Shown piece after piece: positions 47,223-56,192 of a DNA stretch of 64,000 bases; within the stretch, counting starts at the first letter, position 1, and each line of letters starts with the position of its first letter. This DNA is from a virus (taxonomy: Duplodnaviria; Caudoviricetes): IMG/VR virus record IMGVR_UViG_2910013374_000001, positions 1 to 64,000 of that record. The stretch is one strand, 5' to 3'. The notes below the pieces were generated by a model. The model made no database searches. It had not been told where the DNA came from and saw only the letters and a program-made list of their open reading frames with translations. Both the position numbers and the translations under genes were made by a program.

Positions 47223-47531
47223 TCAGGGAGCCTCTTCGTCGAAGGCGCGATGTCTCGCTCTTAGCTCGCCGCCTAGAGGCGTTTCGCCTTCTGGTGTCTC
47301 GCTACGGGTCCAAGGGTCGTCATCAACCCACTTGGCCTTGATCGCTTCGATCTGTTCGTCGAGACCGGCCATTGTCTTGGCCGTTTTGTACTCCACCCAA
47401 GACGAGAACCAGTTGTCGTGGATCATCTGGGCGATTCGGTGGGTCCTAGAGAGAAGGCCCCGGTCCCAGAGCCGACGAATCAGCTCAACGACCAGGGCCT
47501 GGAGGACCACCGTGGTGGTCAAGGATTTCAC
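47223..47531 (-). CDS. hypothetical protein
   Basis: GTGA-coupled to the upstream small membrane gene. Confidence 0.55.
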   Translation of the reverse strand: MKSLTTTVVLQALVVELIRRLWDRGLLSRTHRIAQMIHDNWFSSWVEYKTAKTMAGLDEQIEAIKAKWVDDDPWTRSETPEGETPLGGELRARHRAFDEEAP

Positions 47532-47668
47532 TTCTTCGGCGCGTAAGGGAAGACACCGCGCAGGACTTCGATGATTTCTTGCACCACACCGTTGCCCTTC
47601 AGCGGGGTGTAGGGAAGAACCTCAGAAACAACAAGCAGAACGAGAGCTGCGACCGTGACGAATTCCAT
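47528..47668 (-). CDS. 46-aa membrane protein (holin-like candidate)
   Basis: MEFVTVAALVLLVVSEVLPYTPLKGNGVVQ...; late motif CGGAACCCT 32 nt upstream. Confidence 0.5.
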   Translation of the reverse strand: MEFVTVAALVLLVVSEVLPYTPLKGNGVVQEIIEVLRGVFPYAPKK

Positions 47669-49047
47669 GGATGAGTGATGTGAACTGCCGCAGGGTTCCG
47701 GAAGGCTCAGCCGTTCGCACTTGGTTCATGTCTCTGCTTGAAGCGCATCAGATCCTGTTCAAAGGCCAGTCGAATGTGCGCCTGATGGCGACAGAAGTCG
47801 GATGCACGCTTGAAGAGCTGCAGCAGTCGTTCCGCGCTTACGTGGCCATGAATCCGATCTCCGATGACGCATGGGAGAAAGATGTCGAGCTGTCCTGGCC
47901 CTGGGCTTGATTCTCAGCCGATTCTAAGTCGCACTGATTGACACCACGGCCAGCCAGGACCATGATGGAGGCATCGAGATCGCAGCAACCCGATGACCAC
48001 CACCACCCACAAGCTCACCAACGGCGAGGGCAACTGGCTCTTCCGCATCTCCGGCGACGTCGCCACCGTGATCCAGGTCTTGCCCTGGGGCGTCACCAAG
48101 ATCGAAGACAAGATCAGCACTGCCGCTCAGGCCCGCAAGTTCTGGGCTACCGCTAAGAAGTACGGCTGCACCGAGGGTTGGACCGAACTGATGAAGTTCC
48201 GCAAGCTCACCACCTGGGAGCAGGTCGACACCTACATCGCAGCCAACTACAACATGGCCGCCGACAACGATCCCGAGGCAGCCCTGGCACTCGAGGACGA
48301 GTTCCGTGGCTGCGGTTGTTTGAACGTGGCCGCATGAAATACATCTGGACTGGCCTGGGCATCGCGATCGGCGTTGCCCTTTGGCCAATCGTTCTACCTG
48401 TCTTCATTCTCACCCTGATCTTTGTTTGTATTTCTGACGCCCAGAAAAAGCCCAAGCCACCCACCAAGCCAACCCGTAAAGATCCATGACCCAACTCACT
48501 CCTCGCCCCACCTACACCGCCCCGGCTCGTCCAAAGCGTGTCTCTCTCAAGCCTTTCATCGTTCACTACACCACCCGAGCTGGCTTCCGCGCCTCGTGGA
48601 CCCTTTCGGCTCCGACGCAATGCGCAGCGCGTTTTGCCTTCCAGGAGTTGCTTCCCACAGGCCGGATCAACCTGATCTCTCTCCAGATGTAATGGTTCGA
48701 ATCACGACCGGTAGCCTGTGCCATTGACTGCACCTCGATGGCCCTTCCCTCCTTAGATCCTGGCCATCTCCTCCTCTGTTGTCTGGCTGTCGCTGTGAAG
48801 AGACGCGATCCCGTCCTTGTCAGCCAGATTGCCGAGAAAGCCGACAAGACTCTCCCCCAGTCTCAGCTCAAGCGAGCGTTCGGACGACTCAAGGGGTTTG
48901 GCATGTCAACCGACGACCTCCTCTGGCTGGCTTCCCTCGAGGAGTGAGCCCCAACCTTTGGTTCCGCCTGCGTTTCGTATAGGGGCGCAGATCTTGTCTT
49001 TGAGAGGACCTCGGCCGGAAACCTTGAGGCAGCTCTCGTCGTCACCT

Positions 49048-49593
49048 ATGCCTGCCTCTCGCGTTGGCCCCCTCTTTGGGCCCCTCCCTGAACTCGATGA
49101 AAGCTGGATCCTGATGACAGCAGACGAGACCTTGGTTTTGTACACCGCCGAGGACGTCCGCGAGTTCATTCGCGAGATCCAAGACCTGCGCGGCGCGTAC
49201 GACCAGATCCACAAACTTTCGATGGCCATGAACGGCCTCGCTGCTTACAACCCGGTCGCCGTCAAGACCGTTCTCGTTGACGTGATCCGGTATCTCGAGC
49301 TCGAAGACATCCTCAACGCCAAACAAGAGGAGAGCCCCACCAATGTCTCGCCCGACGGCTTGCCGATCATCAAGGCCGACGTGGTCGAGTACTCCGAGGA
49401 GCCTCTCAAGAACGGCACTAACTACATGGAGACCGTGCTGCAGCCAATGCGTGAGCGCATGGCACGCCTGAAAATGAGCATCTGCAGGGCTTTGGATCTG
49501 TGCAGTTATGACCTGAGCGAGGCCCCTTGCTGCGACGGTCCCACCGCCATGAAGAGCTATCGGCGCGGTGCCACTCACATGTACCGGAGCTGA
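49048..49593 (+). CDS. putative head completion/adaptor protein
   Basis: late motif upstream; IIKADVVEY; position before HK97 gp10-like gene. Confidence 0.5.
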   Translation: MPASRVGPLFGPLPELDESWILMTADETLVLYTAEDVREFIREIQDLRGAYDQIHKLSMAMNGLAAYNPVAVKTVLVDVIRYLELEDILNAKQEESPTNVSPDGLPIIKADVVEYSEEPLKNGTNYMETVLQPMRERMARLKMSICRALDLCSYDLSEAPCCDGPTAMKSYRRGATHMYRS

Positions 49594-49596
49594 TTG

Positions 49597-50061
49597 ATGG
49601 CGACTCCGCTCGAGCAGTTCAGCAATGCCCGCCTTCTCGTCACGGCCCCCGGTGGCAGGGGTGGTCCGGAGACCGGTTTCCAGGAGCTTCCTGGCCAGGA
49701 GTACATCGTTCTGGCATTTCTGAAGCTGGTCAAACCGGATCGGAAGGACACCTTCAAGGGCATGGTCGACCTCAAGGTTTCGACCGAGATCGCCGAGGGC
49801 TACATCACAGGCTTCTGCCCCATCCCAGACGGTGAGGACTGGAAGACCTACGCCTTCAGGTCCGATGCGAACTACGACTCAACCGGATTCCGCTTCCCAG
49901 GATTCATGGCCCCCAAAGGGGTCGAGGTTCTGATGTCCGGTCGCCACTTCACTGTCGCTGAACTGATCGAAACCGCAGGCGTGTTCCTCGATGAGGGCAT
50001 CGGCCAGATCGTCCGCGACGTGATCGGGGATCGACTCATCGTCAAATTCGAGCGTTTCTGA
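49597..50061 (+). CDS. putative head-tail joining protein
   Basis: size and synteny. Confidence 0.5.
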   Translation: MATPLEQFSNARLLVTAPGGRGGPETGFQELPGQEYIVLAFLKLVKPDRKDTFKGMVDLKVSTEIAEGYITGFCPIPDGEDWKTYAFRSDANYDSTGFRFPGFMAPKGVEVLMSGRHFTVAELIETAGVFLDEGIGQIVRDVIGDRLIVKFERF

Positions 50062-50495
50062 TGGCCAACAACTTTCAATTTGAGATCAACGTTGAACTCC
50101 CGAAAGGAGCAGAGAAGACCTTCGAGCGAGCAGCTGAGCAAGCGATGAAGCAGGTGTCTGCAGAGCTCGATGGACGCTTCACCGATGCGATCAGCTCAGC
50201 TGTGTGGCCTTGGCCCTTCCCTGCGAGCAATGGCAAGGGCAGTCCCCGCTCCATCGTCGATACGGGGGCACTCAAGCAGTCAGGGGTCTTCAAGCTCTCG
50301 GGTCTGCAAGCCGAGTGGAAGTGGACCTCCAACTACGCAGCAGCAGTGCACGAAGGTGCTCGGCTTTGGAATGGCGCCAACATCCCAGCGAGGCCCTGGA
50401 CCAATGCAGTCCTCGAAGGCGGAACCTCAGCAAGCATCCCGGTCTACGACTTCTCCACGGAACTCTCTAAGAGAATCACCAACATTCTTTCCTGA
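50061..50495 (+). CDS. HK97 gp10-like tail completion protein
   Basis: IVDTGALKQS...YAAAVHEG...PARPW. Confidence 0.7.
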   Translation: MANNFQFEINVELPKGAEKTFERAAEQAMKQVSAELDGRFTDAISSAVWPWPFPASNGKGSPRSIVDTGALKQSGVFKLSGLQAEWKWTSNYAAAVHEGARLWNGANIPARPWTNAVLEGGTSASIPVYDFSTELSKRITNILS

Positions 50496-50572
50496 TGCCT
50501 CTTCCTCTGATCACTGCAAAGGGCTGCGGCAAAGGCGGCAAAAAAGGTGGCAAGAAAGGCGGCAAGAAATAG
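50495..50572 (+). CDS. 25-aa basic peptide with GGKK repeats
   Basis: MPLPLITAKGCGKGGKKGGKKGGKK; TGATG coupling to the upstream gene. Confidence 0.45.
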   Translation: MPLPLITAKGCGKGGKKGGKKGGKK

Positions 50573-50692
50573 GCCCGGATTTCAAACCTTTGGTTCCCCG
50601 TGTGTTTTGTATAGGCCCGCAGATCTTGTCTTTGAGAGGACCTCGATCCGGTTCGGTTGATCCCGGAACACTCGGCCAGATTCCGAGACTTC

Positions 50693-51906
50693 ATGGCATC
50701 CCTCAAGCTCCCGTTTCAGACCGCACCAGCAGAAGAGCGGGTAGTCCTAGGGAATGAGCGCACAGGCACTCTGGAGTTTCCCGTCTACAACGATCTGACG
50801 ATCACCGAGACGGCTTTCATGGCCGCCAACGGAGCAAAGAACACAGCCTTCACCTACACATCCAAGACCGCTCTCAAGATCGCCCGCGTTGAGAACGCCA
50901 AGCCGATTGATACCCATAACTTCGTCTCCAAAGTCCTGGTCGCCTCGATGGGTGGTCAAGTGAACTTCACAGAGCTGGAATTGGCCTGGCAGGTCAAGTA
51001 CATCCGTGAACTCGAGGAGACCGCCTTCAAGGTTCTCGAGCTGTCTGTGATGCAACAGCAAGTGCTTGTGACTTGCGTGATCCGCCACCGTCTTCCAGGA
51101 ATGCACGAGTGGAATCCCGAGGACACCGCAAGCCTCCCGAGTGAACTCTGTGAGGCCATTTATGAGTTCGCTCTAAAGGAGCAGGGACGAGGAGAGGATT
51201 TCGACAAGGAGGGCGCCGTCGAGGAGGTTGCGGAAATGCTGGGAAAGTCGAAGACGGAACCTACGGAGGAGTCGAGCACCCCGACTGGGGAGACATCTTC
51301 CACCAGCTCAGAGACCTCTACCCCGGCTCCCAAGAGTTCACGCCGGAAACGTTCGGCCAGCTCAAAAGCGGATACGTCCTCGAGTGCCTCCGAGAAGGAA
51401 GCCGGCTAAGACGCGATCACTATCACGCTCTGGAGCTGCCAATCGCGCAGCTCTCAAGCATTCACGCCAACTTGAACAGGGACCCCAAAAGGACCCGCAA
51501 GGCCTATACGGCCGAGGACTTCTGCTTCTTCGTCGACCACGGCTACAACAAGCCGGAGGAACGAGCGGCTCGAGCCTTCATGTCTTTGGTGCAAGCCAAG
51601 CAACTCCCAAGCTTTGCTCTTGGTTTCTTCTCAGACTTCAAGCACGGCAAAGCGAGCAAGGCTCCATGGGAGGAGCAGGCCCTCGTTCACGAGAGCTTCA
51701 TTCTGCTTGCGCCGATGCCGATCGATGGTGGATTCACCGGCACGATGCTCGCTGAAAACGAAGTTGCAGGTCAGGTGATCGAGGTTCAGCACATGGGCCA
51801 AACCTGGGTGATTCAAGTACCTGACTTCAAGGACTACGTGAAGGCTGAAAACAGCATCGAGATCGATGTGGTCAGGCCGCCTGAGCCTGTTCCGCCTGGA
51901 TCATGA
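50693..51906 (+). CDS. tail assembly chaperone G (50693-51409) and -1 frameshift product GT (to 51906)
   Basis: slippery G GGA AAG at 51241-51247; the -1 frame is open into ANLNRDPKR..Y..EDF (gpT-like). Confidence 0.85.
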
Positions 51907-52417
51907 CGATCGCCTCAAGATTGGACTCCCACTGCTCGCCACCTGTGCGGTCGCCCTGGGCCATCCAGCTTTCGATCTCAAGCTCACGAGTGCGGCAATA
52001 GAAGTCTTGCTTCCGATACCACTCCTTCCAGTCCTCACTTCCCTTGTCGGTGTTGCAGGACTGGCAGGCCGGGACGAGATTCCTGGTCAGGTCTTCGCCT
52101 CCTTTGCTCTTTGGTTTGACGTGGTCAAGAGTGAGAGATTCGTCGTCGATTGGTGTGGCGTTGCAAAAAGCGCAGCGGTTGTCCCAGCAGGCCTTGATCC
52201 CGTCGCGCCAGATGGCTCGGGCTTCCTTTCTATTCATTGTTTCCAGGGCGAAGAGGTAGTCCTTGTGCGTGGGCCTGGGTGGCTCAACAGAGCCGAACTT
52301 CCAGGCGGGAGAGGGATAGGTGCCGCTCACTTGCTGCAAGTGACGGAGAAGCTGCTGTTGGTCGAAAGAGCGCGACGCATAGGCTTCTCCGGCTTCTACC
52401 GGTGCGATGGATGCCAT
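51872..52417 (-). CDS. HNH endonuclease
   Basis: CAFC...LTLDHVKPKSKGG...NLVPACQSCN..KG. Confidence 0.9.
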   Translation of the reverse strand: MASIAPVEAGEAYASRSFDQQQLLRHLQQVSGTYPSPAWKFGSVEPPRPTHKDYLFALETMNRKEARAIWRDGIKACWDNRCAFCNATPIDDESLTLDHVKPKSKGGEDLTRNLVPACQSCNTDKGSEDWKEWYRKQDFYCRTRELEIESWMAQGDRTGGEQWESNLEAIVMIQAEQAQAA

Positions 52418-52503
52418 AGCGTTCCCGAGAAGGCAGTGGTGGCCTGACTTTCCCGGTGGCCTTGTGCTCGGAACCCTGGACACACGAATGCGCACGCCCT
52501 CCC

Positions 52504-52935
52504 GTGATCGAGTCAGCCAACGAGATCCTGTTGAAGCTTCAGGCGGACGCAGACTTCATGGCGAACGTCGGCCACTACGACTTCGGCAGCGGGATCATCG
52601 AGACAGCTCTGACCGTGCTCGCTTCCAATCAGCACGTCCCGAACATCAAGCAAGTCGTCGGAGTCGAGGCGATCATCGGCCGCGTGCCAGACATGACCTC
52701 CAGGGCGATGGTCGCTGGCTGCAGCATCCGCGAAAAAATGTGGAGGGTCTACCTGGTTCAGTACGCAGGAAGTGACCTCGACGCAGCAATGCTTGCCGCT
52801 GATCGCATCGTTGATCTTTGTCCTGGGGCGTCTTACAGCTCAGTCGGTACAGGGGACACTCAGTCCGAGATCGCAGGTATCGAGCAGATAGTCGTCAAAA
52901 TTCCAGCTCATGCTCCGTGGGCTGATCTGAACTAG
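52504..52935 (+). CDS. putative tail terminator/neck protein
   Basis: late motif at 52469; size and position. Confidence 0.45.
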   Translation: MIESANEILLKLQADADFMANVGHYDFGSGIIETALTVLASNQHVPNIKQVVGVEAIIGRVPDMTSRAMVAGCSIREKMWRVYLVQYAGSDLDAAMLAADRIVDLCPGASYSSVGTGDTQSEIAGIEQIVVKIPAHAPWADLN

Positions 52936-52969
52936 GGGACGGAAGACTCCAGAAGGTCGGAAGGGGCTT

Positions 52970-54037
52970 ATGGCGTCGCTGGATCAGCTAAAGAAGAAGA
53001 TCCAGGGCAACCCCGTCCTCAAGGCCGCGATCGGCGATGGCTCGATTCGCATTATTTACAAGGAACCGCCCGTCATCGACGAGGACAGGTTGTTCCGCAC
53101 CTGGACGCTTGAAGTCCTGATCGTTGACGACAGCACGTACAACGGCCTGATCCAGAAGTCCCTCGAGACGCTTGGCTTCGATGCCAGCCGCAAAGGCGAC
53201 AAGATCACAGCCGTCCTCGATGAGGCCATCACCGCCAGTGAGCGGCAGGAGATGGAGGCCGACGACAGGCAAGAACGCAAGGCCGCAAAAGTCCAGGCAG
53301 ACGAACGCAGGGATGACCTGCTGATCAAGACGCTCGAGGCCATGCAGGCCAAGATCGATGCGCTCGAGGAGAAGATCGAGTTCATGTCCCTGGTGAAGGC
53401 CAAGGGGCAAGCAGGCCCGCCCGGACGACAAGGTCCGAGTGGTGCCGCGGGACGTGACGGCCAAGATCTCCTGGCTACGGACGCCAATCTTCAGGACCTG
53501 AACGACGTCTCAGACGAAACCCCCAAGCAGGGCCAAGTCGTGATGTATCAGGAGGCGACGGACTCCTGGGAGCTGCGCTTCCCCCCAATGGGAGGCGGCG
53601 GCGGCGGTGGTGGCGGAGCTGGTGGTGGTCAGGCCAAGCTTCAGCACTGGACCGAGACAAGTGAGGGGCACCTGGTTCCCAACGGCGAGGACCAGAACCT
53701 GGGCTCACCGACTCAGCCGGTTCGCGAGATCTATGTGACGGGCAACACCGTCTACATGGACAACAAGCCGCTATCGATCAACGAGAACGAGCGGATCTCA
53801 TTTGACGGCAATCAGCTGGGCTATGGCGACGGCGACGTTTCTGAAGCTCCTGAGAACTCGGTTGCTTATGTCCGTAGAGATGGCACCTGGATCCCTTTGG
53901 ACACGGTCAACACCGATATCGAGTTGCCCACCTCCATCACTGCATACCCCAGCAACTACGCCAACATCGTCATCGACCTCGACACCGGTTTGCTCGTTGC
54001 TGTGGAACCTGAGGACGTGATCAGCCCAGAGGGCTGA
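52970..54037 (+). CDS. structural protein with coiled coil, short collagen GXY repeat and fibre-like motifs
   Basis: GQAGPPGRQGPSGAAGRDG, LQDLNDV, NLGSPT.P.REIYV, SEAP...AYVR.DG.W. Confidence 0.65.
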   Translation: MASLDQLKKKIQGNPVLKAAIGDGSIRIIYKEPPVIDEDRLFRTWTLEVLIVDDSTYNGLIQKSLETLGFDASRKGDKITAVLDEAITASERQEMEADDRQERKAAKVQADERRDDLLIKTLEAMQAKIDALEEKIEFMSLVKAKGQAGPPGRQGPSGAAGRDGQDLLATDANLQDLNDVSDETPKQGQVVMYQEATDSWELRFPPMGGGGGGGGGAGGGQAKLQHWTETSEGHLVPNGEDQNLGSPTQPVREIYVTGNTVYMDNKPLSINENERISFDGNQLGYGDGDVSEAPENSVAYVRRDGTWIPLDTVNTDIELPTSITAYPSNYANIVIDLDTGLLVAVEPEDVISPEG

Positions 54038-54095
54038 GAGAGGAAGCCTGAACTGATGGCCCACCAGTCATCGGATTCCAGCTCCTAGGAGACTT

Positions 54096-55886
54096 ATGGC
54101 CAGTTTTAAGGTCTCGCAGTTCACTGGGGTGACAGACACGACAGCAGATTCTCTGCTGCTCCTGGCGTACACCGCAGACAACGGCGCAACTTATTCCACA
54201 CGAAAGATCCGCGTACAGGATCTTCTTGATGACCTCGCGCAAGATTCAGATCTCACCAGCCTGCTCACCCTTCAAGGTGTCCCTGCAGGATCAGCTGATC
54301 TGGGCAGCTTTACGGGCGACACGATCGCCGAGGGCGCAACAATCAAGGAAGCCCTTCAGGCCCTTGAGAGCAGCCTCGAACTTCAGCAAGGCGCTCTGAC
54401 TGCCGGCAACGGTGTCGAGCTCGATGCTCAGGGAAACATCTCTTTGAAGATCGCCACCGGCGGCTTCCTTGAGTTCTCTAGCGATGAGCTAAGTGTCAAG
54501 ACTCTCGACGAAGATGACTTCGTCAGCAACAGCGACAGCCACCTCCCGACTCAGCAGTCGGTCAAGGCCTACGTTGACACCCAGATCAGCACCCTTGGCA
54601 GCGTTTCTGAAGGCGCTTATGTCAAGAAGGACGGCTCTGTCGCCTTCGAGGGTGACCAGTCCATGGGCGGCTTTGAGCTGACCAACCTGGCGATCCCGAC
54701 ACAGGATTCTTCCGCTGCCACGAAGCAGTATGTGGACCTGGCCGTTCAAGGCCTGGACCTCAAAGAGTCCGTCCGTGCAGCCACAACTGTTGAGCTTGCT
54801 CTCGTCGGTGAGCAGGTTGTTGACGGTGTGTCCCTGACGGCAGGTGATCGCGTTCTGGTCAAGAGCCAGACCGACGCCAGCGAGAACGGCATCTACGTCG
54901 TCGACGCAGGCGCTTGGACCCGTGCAGAAGACGCCGATGGCAACCCCGACGGTGAAGTCACCTCAGGGATGTTCACCTTCGTCGAAGAAGGCACGGTCAA
55001 TGGTCAGAACGGCTTCTCGCTGTCGACTGCCAACCCGATCCTTGTAGGCGCAACGGATCTCACTTTTGTTCAGTTCTCTGGCGCTGGTCAGATCACCGCT
55101 GGAAACGGCATCTCGATCACTGGCAACGAGATCAGCGTTGCTCCTGCTGTCCTTTCGGACATCAGTGACCTGGCCTCCCTTACTGGAGTGAGCGGAAGCA
55201 GCGATCTCGGGACGTTTGCTGGCGACACGATCGCCGATTCCTCGACCATCAAGGAAGCTCTCCAATCCCTGGAGACCCTGGCCGAAGCAGTCGCCTCGAA
55301 CATCGCGACGAACGACACCGAACTGGCTGATCATGAGAGCCGGATCGCTGCCAACGAGCTGAACATCGCCTCGATCGATGGAATCAATACAGCTCAGTCC
55401 ACCCGCATCTCTGACCTTCAGGATGCTTTAGGTGCTGCTGACGGTGTGCAGGACATGGGCTCCTTTACGGGTGCCACCATCACCGACAACGGATCCGTCC
55501 GTGACGCCCTGCAAGAACTGGAAACAGCTCTCGAGCAGCTGGCACTTGACTCAGGCTCCGGCTCTGCTGTTGCAGCCAACTTGGCTGAGATCACCGCCCT
55601 GCGTTCCGCTCAAGGAACTGCTAACGGCGACATCAACCTCGGCACCTTCACCGGTGGCACGATCAGCGACAACGCCAGCGTGAAAACCGCCTTGAGCGAG
55701 TTGGAAGCTGCTGTTGAAGCTGGTGCTGGCAACTACGTCAGCAAAGGCGCCAACGTCACCGAATTGGTGGCTGGAACGGTTGCAGAGACCGAGCCTGCTA
55801 ACTACCTCTTCATGGTGGTTGACCAGGCCGATGGCTCAATCAAGGTCCTCGACAAGACTTTCATCGAGACCGAAGAATCCGCCTGA
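54096..55886 (+). CDS. tail fibre/whisker-like structural protein
   Basis: four copies of D(L/M)G.F.G.TI....(I/V)K.ALQ.LE; PTQQSVKAYVD, AATKQYVD, DRVLVK.Q...ENGIY. Confidence 0.75.
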   Translation: MASFKVSQFTGVTDTTADSLLLLAYTADNGATYSTRKIRVQDLLDDLAQDSDLTSLLTLQGVPAGSADLGSFTGDTIAEGATIKEALQALESSLELQQGALTAGNGVELDAQGNISLKIATGGFLEFSSDELSVKTLDEDDFVSNSDSHLPTQQSVKAYVDTQISTLGSVSEGAYVKKDGSVAFEGDQSMGGFELTNLAIPTQDSSAATKQYVDLAVQGLDLKESVRAATTVELALVGEQVVDGVSLTAGDRVLVKSQTDASENGIYVVDAGAWTRAEDADGNPDGEVTSGMFTFVEEGTVNGQNGFSLSTANPILVGATDLTFVQFSGAGQITAGNGISITGNEISVAPAVLSDISDLASLTGVSGSSDLGTFAGDTIADSSTIKEALQSLETLAEAVASNIATNDTELADHESRIAANELNIASIDGINTAQSTRISDLQDALGAADGVQDMGSFTGATITDNGSVRDALQELETALEQLALDSGSGSAVAANLAEITALRSAQGTANGDINLGTFTGGTISDNASVKTALSELEAAVEAGAGNYVSKGANVTELVAGTVAETEPANYLFMVVDQADGSIKVLDKTFIETEESA

Positions 55887-55934
55887 TCCTGATCAGATCA
55901 ATCGGAACTCTGGGGGCACTTGCCCCCTTTTTTC

Positions 55935-56159
55935 ATGGCACCTCGTGAAGAGCTGATCGAACTTGTGGAGGCTTATGCAGCCGCGAAAAAGACCGACAAC
56001 AAGCTGCTCATCGGCATGGCCAGCAAGGCCCTGGGTGCATTTCTGAAGTCCGTCGACATCGTCAAGCCAGTCGATGTTCCTGAGGAAATCAAGCAGGCCG
56101 TCGAGGTCCAGCTGCCCAAGAAACCCGCCGCTTCACGCAGGTCAAGATCAAAAAGCTGA
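55935..56159 (+). CDS. hypothetical late protein
   Basis: CGGAACTCT motif 32 nt upstream. Confidence 0.55.
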   Translation: MAPREELIELVEAYAAAKKTDNKLLIGMASKALGAFLKSVDIVKPVDVPEEIKQAVEVQLPKKPAASRRSRSKS

Positions 56160-56192
56160 TGCGGAAGCCTGTGGCGTCACAGCGCCACTCGC

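Larger units (their letters stand above)
43254..48947 (+). other. second island of small early/middle-type hypothetical genes (e.g. 43254-43567, 43791-44030, 44379-44651, 44655-44921, 45204-45473, 46311-46655, 46883-47128, 47993-48337, 48486-48692, 48738-48947)
   Basis: multiple TTGACA, TAGCTTGT and GTTC-box motifs with coupled short ORFs. Confidence 0.6.
48953..50645 (+). repeat. 61-bp imperfect direct repeats (48953-49013 and 50585-50645) with an identical 28-bp core
   Basis: core CGCAGATCTTGTCTTTGAGAGGACCTCG; ungapped offset of 1632 bp. Confidence 0.9.

Noticed and set aside
49591-49599. In-frame TGA between 49048-49593 and the next gene as a second readthrough
   Set aside because: The downstream gene has its own ATG at 49597; ordinary coupling explains it.
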